Assembly (NCBI GenBank): GCA_963782525.1
Contig: CAWAKC010000004.1
Location: forward strand, 117,528 to 181,527
Length of the DNA: 64,000 nucleotides
Direction: 5' to 3'
Origin: Candidatus Bathyarchaeota archaeon
GTDB lineage: Archaea > Thermoproteota > Bathyarchaeia > Bathyarchaeales > Bathycorpusculaceae
The stretch's first letter is position 1. Every line of letters starts with the position of its first letter. A program made the position numbers and the translations under genes. This document shows positions 9,114-16,526 of the stretch, piece after piece. The notes beneath the pieces were generated by a model. That model was not told the origin of the DNA, did not search any database, and saw only the letters and a list, made by a program, of their open reading frames with translations.

Positions 9114-10454
9114 AAGTTGGTCAGCCGTTTGCTCAGATGTTTTCTTGGTGGTTTTCGGCATCTTTGGCTTTTGCCGTGTAACCTGTTCTACTAAACGCCA
9201 GAACTCATCCATGGTGTAGCCTTTGAGTAGTTCTTTCATTAGTTTTTTGACTTGGTAGTAGGTCATTTGGGCTTCGCCTTTGTCGAGGCTTTCCTGTGGA
9301 CCCTTAATGCGTCTGAAGAGCTCATCCATCTGTCTTGGCGAAGCTCGGATTCCAGCTTTCTCAAGCAGTTTTTGGATAAGCGTCTGCCCTGTGTTTCTGC
9401 CGATGAAAATCATGGTTTCTCTGCCCACTATTTCTGGTGGGAAAGGCTCAAAAACCAAAGGGTTAGCCATCATTTCTTCAACTTCTTCTTCAACTTCATG
9501 GGTGAAAATGTTTTCACCGATTATGGGTTTATGGAACTGGATTGGCAATGCAAATGCCTTTTCGGCTGCTTGTGCGATACGATAGATTTTTCCCATATCT
9601 ATGCCTGTGTCGACGTTGTAGAGCAGCTCAGCCGCGGTTACGACTTCTTCGAAAGGTGCGATGCCCGCTCGTTCTCCAAAGCCCGCGATGCAAGTATGCA
9701 GGTAAGCTACGCCTTCCTCCATAGCTGCCAAGGTGTTGGCGGAGCCTAACCCAAAGTCGTTGTGGCAGTGGATTGAGAGCGGCACTTTCTTCTTAATTGC
9801 TTCAGGCAAACCATCTCTGATATGGGAAATTAAATAGCGCATTGATAAAGGCCTTATGAAGCCTACGCTATCCGCTACGCCCAACCTTATTGCTCCGGCG
9901 TTGGCTGCAGCTTCGAAAACTTGCAATATATCTTCTAGAGGGGTTCGGGTTGCGTCCATTAGGATGAAGTTTACGGTTGTGCCGTGTTTTTTAGCGTAGT
10001 CGATGCTGTCAACGATTTTTTGCAGCGCTTGTTCTTTTGTTATCTTCAGTTTGTACTGGAGGTTTAAGCCATTGATGGGGGATTCGATGGTGATGTCTTT
10101 GATACCGCACTCTAAGCAGGCGTTTACGCTGTTCTTTGAAGCTTCTGCTGAAGCGGTCAGCTTGGAGTAAGTGAAGGTTTCGTTGACGATGCGTTTGACG
10201 GTGCGTTTTTCGTCTTCGGATAGCGCGGGGAACCCTACGTTTATGATGGCGACGCCTGATTCGTCCATCAATTTTGCAAGCCTAACCTGCTCCACATAGG
10301 TTAAGTAAACCGTCGGCGCCTTGATGCCTTCCCGGAAAGTTTCATCCCAGATGAATACGCGGTCAGGAAGCTTAGGAGGCAAATTCTTTCGTAACCGGTT
10401 GTAATTTGCAATTAGTCCCTGAGCTTCGAGCTTTTTGAATATGGTCTTCCTCAT
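9105..10454 (-). CDS. Divergent LeuA/homocitrate synthase family (DRE-TIM) protein
   Basis: WDETFREG, HCHNDFGLG, GFGERAG, FEPFPPEIVG; no LeuA regulatory domain. Confidence 0.8.
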   Translation of the reverse strand: MRKTIFKKLEAQGLIANYNRLRKNLPPKLPDRVFIWDETFREGIKAPTVYLTYVEQVRLAKLMDESGVAIINVGFPALSEDEKRTVKRIVNETFTYSKLTASAEASKNSVNACLECGIKDITIESPINGLNLQYKLKITKEQALQKIVDSIDYAKKHGTTVNFILMDATRTPLEDILQVFEAAANAGAIRLGVADSVGFIRPLSMRYLISHIRDGLPEAIKKKVPLSIHCHNDFGLGSANTLAAMEEGVAYLHTCIAGFGERAGIAPFEEVVTAAELLYNVDTGIDMGKIYRIAQAAEKAFALPIQFHKPIIGENIFTHEVEEEVEEMMANPLVFEPFPPEIVGRETMIFIGRNTGQTLIQKLLEKAGIRASPRQMDELFRRIKGPQESLDKGEAQMTYYQVKKLMKELLKGYTMDEFWRLVEQVTRQKPKMPKTTKKTSEQTADQLLP

Positions 10455-10555
10455 TTAGACACAATCCAACAATACGAACTAAATTATCATCTTTAATTTG
10501 CTAATACCTATATAAAACTGCATCTATCAAATGTTTTTTAGATTTTGTTTTGTGT

Positions 10556-10725
10556 GGTTGTGGTAGGCTGCTGTGCTTCACATCTTGGGTTGGTTTTTGG
10601 GTTGTGTTTTGAGTTCTGGCTGGTTTTTGTTTGCTGATGGGTTGTGGAGGGGTTTGGTTGTGGTTCACTTCTATGTTGGGTTGCATGTTGTGGGTTGTGG
10701 TGTATGCTGATGTGATTGGGTTGTG
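10556..10725. repeat. Irregular GGTTGTG heptamer repeats in a G/T-skewed intergenic tract
   Basis: Six exact GGTTGTG copies counted at about 10556, 10600, 10640, 10656, 10693 and 10719. Confidence 0.6.
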
Positions 10726-10861
10726 GGGATGGAAAAGATTTGGGGTTAGTATATTGATGCTTTTGAAACAAAAAGACACAGTTTCACATATTTGATTCTG
10801 AGTGGTGACGCAAAAGTCTTAAGTGCTAAAAACACAATCTAACTTCCAGAAGGGACCTTAA

Positions 10862-11077
10862 ATGAGTAGCAGCCTAAAAACCACCATCGAAAAAATCAGA
10901 GCCTTAGAAGCTGAAAAAAAGAACCTATTAGTTGAAATTGAAAGCCTCAAAAAAATGGCGGACACAAAAGCGGCGGCTCTTGAAAACGAAGTTGGTGCAC
11001 TGCGTGAAGAAGCTAAAACCCTCACGATTCTGGTAAACGGACCAGAAGCGATTGCACCGAACAAGATAAAAATCTAA
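10862..11077 (+). CDS. Small coiled-coil hypothetical protein
   Basis: 71 aa, heptad-like E/K/L/A pattern, ATG start. Confidence 0.7.
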   Translation: MSSSLKTTIEKIRALEAEKKNLLVEIESLKKMADTKAAALENEVGALREEAKTLTILVNGPEAIAPNKIKI

Positions 11078-11080
11078 ATT

Positions 11081-11941
11081 CTATGGTTCTTTGGGCGGCG
11101 TAGGTGTTCTTTTCAGTAGATCATCGACAGTTTTACTGAGTGCATTGCATGCTGTTTGCCTTGCCTCTGTAGATGTGTCGGTTTCGAGTTTCTCCAGTTC
11201 TTTGTGTAAGCGGTCGGATTCCTCATTTAGTTCCTGTTTCTGTTTTTCGTAGTTGTCGTGGAGTTTTTCCTGTTCCGCCGTAAACGTTTGCAAGGTCACT
11301 TCTAACTCGTTTTTGGCGGCTTTAAGGTTCTGAGTGGTCTCTGTGAGTTCTTGAGCGGCTTTGCGTTTGGCGCCGAACTTGTAGAAGCTGAATTTGACTT
11401 GCTGCTGCATTGCCAGTTGGTCTTCAAGGTCTCGGATTTGGCTGCTTAAACGTTGGACTTCGCTGTTTCGTTTGTTGCTGCGTTCCCGAGTGGTCTCCGC
11501 ATATTGTTTGTCGGCTTCCACTATTTTGTGGTTTACGTCGGCGAGGGCTTTCGCTTCTGAGGTTAGGTTGTTTTCTTTTATTCGGTTCTCAGCGAGTGCT
11601 GCTTCGACGTCGAGGAAAATTTGTGTGCTTGCCCTGGTAAACGCCTCATCTACTGTGATGGCTGGGTTAGATTCGAATTCTGAAACTACCTGGCGAAGCG
11701 TTACAAGCCAATCATCAAAGTACTGGCTAAACGGCGAGAGAGCAAAAATCTGTTTTCCTAATTTTCCCAAGCTGCCAATTGTCCTCTGCGCCACTTCCGC
11801 TGCTGAAAACTCTGGAGTTTCCTCCATTAGGTACTTGGCACCTGCGCGCTGCTTTTTTTCTTTGGCTTTTTTCTCGTGGGTGCTCTTGGAAAACTGTTTG
11901 CCGCTGCTTCGGCGGGAACCCGTTTGAGGTCTGAAGCTCAT
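11081..11941 (-). CDS. Coiled-coil hypothetical protein with basic N-terminus
   Basis: Long helical E/K/Q/A-rich ORF; likely start MSFRPQ at 11941. Confidence 0.75.
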   Translation of the reverse strand: MSFRPQTGSRRSSGKQFSKSTHEKKAKEKKQRAGAKYLMEETPEFSAAEVAQRTIGSLGKLGKQIFALSPFSQYFDDWLVTLRQVVSEFESNPAITVDEAFTRASTQIFLDVEAALAENRIKENNLTSEAKALADVNHKIVEADKQYAETTRERSNKRNSEVQRLSSQIRDLEDQLAMQQQVKFSFYKFGAKRKAAQELTETTQNLKAAKNELEVTLQTFTAEQEKLHDNYEKQKQELNEESDRLHKELEKLETDTSTEARQTACNALSKTVDDLLKRTPTPPKEP

Positions 11942-12003
11942 AAAATACCCTCTACACATAAGAAATATTTAAAGCAAATGCAAACTCCGCTAAAGAGCCG
12001 TTG

Positions 12004-12978
12004 CTATTTTTTCTTTTTTGTCGGCTCGACGGGTGCGGGTTTGCGTCTTTTAAGCGCCACAACTGAGGCGGCGATGGCTGCTGCGATGACAATTACGATT
12101 ATAGCTGGGATGAGCCAGCTTGGCGTGGAGGTGTTGGTTTGGGTTTGGCTGGGCTGGGTGGTAGCTGTTGGCCCATTCGTTAGCGAGGTGGAGCCGCTTG
12201 GCGACGAAGTAGAGGATGTAGTGGGAGCAGGCGTAACCTGTGGTGCCGTTCCAGAAAGAATTGGACCAGCCACTTGAACCAGGATAACGTAGCTGGCGAT
12301 TCTCTGTTCTGAAGGCACGATGCTTTGATTGTAGTCGTAGGCGCCAAACTTGAAATCTACTTTCGCCGAAGGAGCCAAAGATGCAGATAATGGTTCAGTA
12401 CCGTCATATCCACCATACGCGACGACTTTTCCCTTGGAATCATAGAAGGTTCCCAAAACCCTCACGCCTGTGGCAGTTTGTGAGCCTGTGTTCTGGACTT
12501 TGCCAGTGACCCAGTAGACACCTTTGTTGTCTGTGGTGGTGTCGATGCTGTTTTGTTGGCTTATGACTTTCACGTCTTGGTAGAGATAGTTTGTGGTGGT
12601 AGGTGCCTGCGTTACGGAGACCGCTACATTAGCTATGGAGGGAAGAACTCCGGTGGTCTGGTCTGCCTGCAAAACGAACGTCATATAAAATGGGGCTTTC
12701 TGGTTAGGCAACATATCATTCACAAAAGCCATAGCCTGTGTCGTTTGTTGAGCCCCTGTGGTCGTGGTCATTTGAGCAGTCAAGATAACTGAAGCGAAGG
12801 TGCTGGTGCCCACATTCTCTATTTCGCCTACAACATCCAAAAACCCTGAGCTGTCAATGTACCAGGTATAATTTGTAGCTTTAATGTTTGAGGTTTGGCT
12901 GTGCGCCTCCGGAACCGTCATGAAACTGCACGCAAACAAACCTAACAGAATAACTGAGTAAATTACGGATTTTTTCAT
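12004..12978 (-). CDS. Secreted, membrane-anchored protein with two FxLYD-like Ig domains
   Basis: Signal peptide MKKSVIY...; repeats VVGEIENVG and VTGKVQNTG; S/T/P linker; C-terminal TM plus basic tail. Confidence 0.75.
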   Translation of the reverse strand: MKKSVIYSVILLGLFACSFMTVPEAHSQTSNIKATNYTWYIDSSGFLDVVGEIENVGTSTFASVILTAQMTTTTGAQQTTQAMAFVNDMLPNQKAPFYMTFVLQADQTTGVLPSIANVAVSVTQAPTTTNYLYQDVKVISQQNSIDTTTDNKGVYWVTGKVQNTGSQTATGVRVLGTFYDSKGKVVAYGGYDGTEPLSASLAPSAKVDFKFGAYDYNQSIVPSEQRIASYVILVQVAGPILSGTAPQVTPAPTTSSTSSPSGSTSLTNGPTATTQPSQTQTNTSTPSWLIPAIIVIVIAAAIAASVVALKRRKPAPVEPTKKKK

Positions 12979-13164
12979 GGAAATGCCCTCTCTATTTCTC
13001 TTAGCACAACAGAACGAGGTATGTTCTATAAAACAGTTTTTCAAAATTACCCCCCAAATGACCTCGCCGCACCAGAGCAGCGGCATCGTCTATATACGCT
13101 ATTGATTTGGCGGGGACAACTCTTAAAAGCAAAATCGGCGGATATGCAATTAGATGAGTCATCC

Positions 13165-13647
13165 GTGACTGAAAAGTTACATCCCTATGTAGTATTTCTT
13201 CCAAAAACAGAAAAAAAAGATAAGATACTCTCCGCCATATTCGGCAGCAAAGCTGGCGTCAACATCCTCCGCTTCTCACTTAAACAGGGCGTCGCCAAAA
13301 ACATCTACCAAAAAGACCTCGTCAAAACCCTCAACTACTCAAACAAAACCATAATCGAAAACCTCAAAACCCTCACCAAACTCGGCGTCCTAAACGAATC
13401 CATGGAAAAAAACGACAAAGAAGGCCGCATCATCTGGATCAAAATCTACCAACTCACCAACCTCGGCAAATGGTTCGCGCTGCTCATAGCAGAAGAAAAA
13501 GAACTCCCCGACACAGAAAAAGCCGAAATCCTCCAAAGCCTATTCCGCACCTACGTCAAGCAGGTGAAGCGTTTGGCTGAGGAAATTGGAATAAACAAGA
13601 AAATGCTCGAGGAAACATTCAGGGAAGAAATGAAAAGTAGTCAATAA
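13165..13647 (+). CDS. Winged-helix transcriptional regulator-like protein
   Basis: IYQKDLVKTLNYSNKTIIENLKTLTKLGVL HTH followed by a wing (WIKIYQLT); start uncertain (13144 or 13165). Confidence 0.7.
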   Translation: MTEKLHPYVVFLPKTEKKDKILSAIFGSKAGVNILRFSLKQGVAKNIYQKDLVKTLNYSNKTIIENLKTLTKLGVLNESMEKNDKEGRIIWIKIYQLTNLGKWFALLIAEEKELPDTEKAEILQSLFRTYVKQVKRLAEEIGINKKMLEETFREEMKSSQ

Positions 13648-13662
13648 GAACGATGTAAAAAA

Positions 13663-13905
13663 ATGAAAAAAATTAGAGTTAACTGATTCCGAAGGCAGAC
13701 TTACTCTGCCCATAGAAATAAAAAAAAACTTGGCGAAAACCTCACTCTAACAAAGACGCCAGAAGGCTACTTACTCACAAGCAAAGGATATGTCGCTAAC
13801 GAAGAAATCCAAAAAATAATACGCTCTAAGCACCGTAGAACAGGCAAACCCAAACTCGCAACTCCCAAGGAAATAAAATCCATTTGGAAAACAACCGTGG
13901 AATAA
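13663..13905 (+). pseudogene. AbrB/MazE-like DNA-binding protein interrupted by two homopolymer frameshifts
   Basis: Restoring the A-runs at 13666-13672 and 13720-13728 gives MKKLELTDSEGRLTLPIEIKKKLGENLTLTKTPEGYLLT..., with the D-x-x-GR-x-x-(L/I)P AbrB motif. Confidence 0.6.
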
Positions 13906-13959
13906 CCTGAAAAACACCATCCTACCCTACAAAGACCCAATAACCCAAAAGACCCTTCC

Positions 13960-13979
13960 GCACCGTTGAAAAACGGTGC
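13960..13979. terminator. Perfect 8-bp hairpin between convergent genes
   Basis: GCACCGTT-GAAA-AACGGTGC; followed on the other side by a T-rich tract read on the minus strand at the CBS gene end. Confidence 0.4.
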
Positions 13980-14007
13980 CTAAAACAAAAAAGAAAGAAA
14001 AAGAAGT

Positions 14008-15189
14008 TTATTCTTCTTCTGAGGGTAGCCCGATTTTACGCAGGTAGTCTTTGGCGTATTTTGGGTTGTAGGCTAACAGTTCCTTGCTGCGTAGGAGTCT
14101 GCGTTCGAGGCGGACCAGTGCGACGCGGAAGGTAGGTTCGACGCCCCAGCCTTCGCTTGCTGCGAAGAATGTGCCCCGGACCGTGCGGAACTGCAATCGG
14201 CAATGGACGAGTGGAGTGTCGCGGACTCCGTTGTCTCCATGGCTTTTCATGTACACGAATAGTGTGCCTAATTGGAATGCTTCTTGGAATCGGTGGGAGA
14301 ATGAATCGAATTCATTCATCATGAATGCTTGCTGGTCTTCTGTGACGTCTACGCCTTTGGTGCTGAACTGGATGGTTAATTTGCGTGCGGGTGCTGCTAC
14401 CTGGGAGATCTGTTCTAGGAAGTCAAGCTTTGTAACCACTCCAACCAAGCGGTCTGCAGTCACGACGCATAAACATGACACATCGCGGTCATGCATTTGT
14501 TTTTCAGCGTCTTTGAGGCTGGTTTTGGCGTCGACGGTGATTGCGGGAGAAGCCATTATGCCTTTTACTGCGATTCCGAGGGTTTCAAGTTTTTCGCCGA
14601 CGATATCGCCTGTGGTTTGGCGTCGCTGCGGCCAGTAAATGCTTCTTAAAATATCCTCAATGCTTACCATGCCCGCAAGCTTGCCGCTTTCCAGGACGGG
14701 AACATGCGAGATGCCGAATTCACGCATCAACCCTAAAACTGCGCCGACACTGCGCCCCGCCTCGATTGTGTGAGGCGCCCTTGTCATAACTTTTTCAACT
14801 GTAGTGCGCCCCCAGTCATCGCCGACAGCGCCATGAATCACGTCTTCATCAGTAACAAATCCGAGTAACTTGCCTTTTTCGAACAACGGTAGCTGACGCA
14901 TACCGCTTCCAATCATGAGTTTCGCCAGTTCCCCCAACGAAACTTCTGGCTCAACTGGTGGTGCAACCTGCATAAGCGAACGAACTTTCGCTACAGTGAA
15001 ATCAAGTCGTGAACGCAAAATTGCGCGGCGAGTTATCATCCCTACATACTTTCCTTTCTCATCCAAAACAGCCATCACTGGCGGCATACCTTTCTTGAAG
15101 CCTTCTAGGCATCTGGAGAGTGTATCGTTGTCTTGTACAAAATTTAGTCCTTTAGAATATACATCCCTGGCAGTAACAGATGTGCTCAT
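14008..15189 (-). CDS. Four-CBS-domain protein with C-terminal HPF/RaiA-like domain (Hib-like ribosome hibernation factor)
   Basis: Four CBS repeats (LPLFEKGKLLGFVT, HVPVLESGKLAGMVS and others); C-terminal ~100 aa LTIQF...CRLQFRT...FFAASEGWGVEPTFRVALVRLERRL fits the HPF beta-alpha-beta3-alpha pattern. Confidence 0.72.
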   Translation of the reverse strand: MSTSVTARDVYSKGLNFVQDNDTLSRCLEGFKKGMPPVMAVLDEKGKYVGMITRRAILRSRLDFTVAKVRSLMQVAPPVEPEVSLGELAKLMIGSGMRQLPLFEKGKLLGFVTDEDVIHGAVGDDWGRTTVEKVMTRAPHTIEAGRSVGAVLGLMREFGISHVPVLESGKLAGMVSIEDILRSIYWPQRRQTTGDIVGEKLETLGIAVKGIMASPAITVDAKTSLKDAEKQMHDRDVSCLCVVTADRLVGVVTKLDFLEQISQVAAPARKLTIQFSTKGVDVTEDQQAFMMNEFDSFSHRFQEAFQLGTLFVYMKSHGDNGVRDTPLVHCRLQFRTVRGTFFAASEGWGVEPTFRVALVRLERRLLRSKELLAYNPKYAKDYLRKIGLPSEEE

Positions 15190-15578
15190 AAATAATCACT
15201 GGAAAGCTAATATGAGACGTGAAATTTAAACATTGCAAACCCCTGCATGCATAGCAGCCAATAGAGCCATTATTAGAACTTAAACCTAAAATGGTATCTT
15301 CATAAGGTTTAGATGGCTACGAGATTTGGAGTCAATCGGGTGCGGTTTAGGGTTCTTCGTAACGGTTGTTTTACGGATAGTTGGGTTTCCTTGAGGTTTG
15401 AGTCAAGGTTTAATTTTGTTAATTGGCTAGCATGTTGTCTTGTTTTCTGTATTTTTACCTTGGGAAAGAGGGTTTTTCCAAGCAATATTTATATCAAAAG
15501 CACTTTATTCAAGTTTCTAACTAATTATTGTACGTTGGACTAATTTGTACCACGTATATTAAAATGGTGAACAAATAA

Positions 15579-16526
15579 ATGCCGTTAAAAACCATAAAGA
15601 AAGATGCGGCAGACGCTTTAACGTTAGAATGGGTTTTGCAAGTTAAAGATTACAAGTTAACTCTTGACAAGAACCGCTGTGTCGGCTGCCAAGTATGCAC
15701 GGTGGCTTGCCCAAAAGAAGCCATAAAAACCCAGAAGCAGCCAAAAATTCCGGGAGAAAAGGCAAAGAAAGCCAAAGTAGACATTGACTTGGCAAAATGC
15801 AATTTCTGCGGAATCTGCGACGTCACCTGTCCATATGGCGCAATTAAGGTTACTTTAAATGATTCACACAACCTGCCTATTTTGGAGAAAGATAGCTACC
15901 CACAGCTTGTCCGCGATATCGTCGTGGATACGCACAAATGTGAAAAAGAATGTGTCGAATGCGAAAATGCTTGTCCACTCAAACTCATAAAAATATCCAA
16001 AGTCGGCTTTGATGGCAACCCCGTTCAAGACATTACCGCGCTCTCTGCTAATGAGAAAAAAAGAGTTCAACTATCACTTGACATTCAAAAAGGCTATTGC
16101 CCTACATGCAAAATATGCGAAGTTAATTGTAAACCTGGCGCATTAAAAGTCAAAAAAGCATTCGAAGGAAAAATCAACATTGCCCAGGCGAAGTGTCCAG
16201 AAGGCTGCACCGACTGCTTAGATGTTTGTCCCATTCCAGGTGCACTCGTGGTTGGAGAAGACAAGAAAGTTCACGTTAACGAGACATTATGTACTTACTG
16301 TGGTGCATGCAAGAACGTTTGCCCAGTGGAAGAAGCGTTGTGTGTGAAACGCACCAAGGTTCTCCATACACCCATCCATTCAGGCACATGGAACAAAGCC
16401 TTAGAACGATTAACCAGCTCCGCTGACGCTGCTAAGGAACTAAAAGCCCAAGCCGCCGAGAACAGACGCAAAGTCGTTGAGAAACGATTCGTCTCTGAGG
16501 AGCTCAAAACTGAGGAATACAAATGA
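15579..16526 (+). CDS. Polyferredoxin (six 4Fe-4S motifs)
   Basis: CVGCQVC, CNFCGIC, CEKECVEC, CPTCKIC, CPEGCTDC, CTYCGAC, each followed by xxxC. Confidence 0.9.
   Translation: MPLKTIKKDAADALTLEWVLQVKDYKLTLDKNRCVGCQVCTVACPKEAIKTQKQPKIPGEKAKKAKVDIDLAKCNFCGICDVTCPYGAIKVTLNDSHNLPILEKDSYPQLVRDIVVDTHKCEKECVECENACPLKLIKISKVGFDGNPVQDITALSANEKKRVQLSLDIQKGYCPTCKICEVNCKPGALKVKKAFEGKINIAQAKCPEGCTDCLDVCPIPGALVVGEDKKVHVNETLCTYCGACKNVCPVEEALCVKRTKVLHTPIHSGTWNKALERLTSSADAAKELKAQAAENRRKVVEKRFVSEELKTEEYK

Noticed and set aside
13021-13164. Long N-terminal extension of the HTH ORF and of the 12004..13086 ORF
   Set aside because: The extensions overlap each other and the promoter region; internal starts fit better
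15309-15485. 58-aa basic ORF on minus strand (MLGKTLFPKVKIQK...)
   Set aside because: No motif, TTG start without SD, lies in a divergent promoter region
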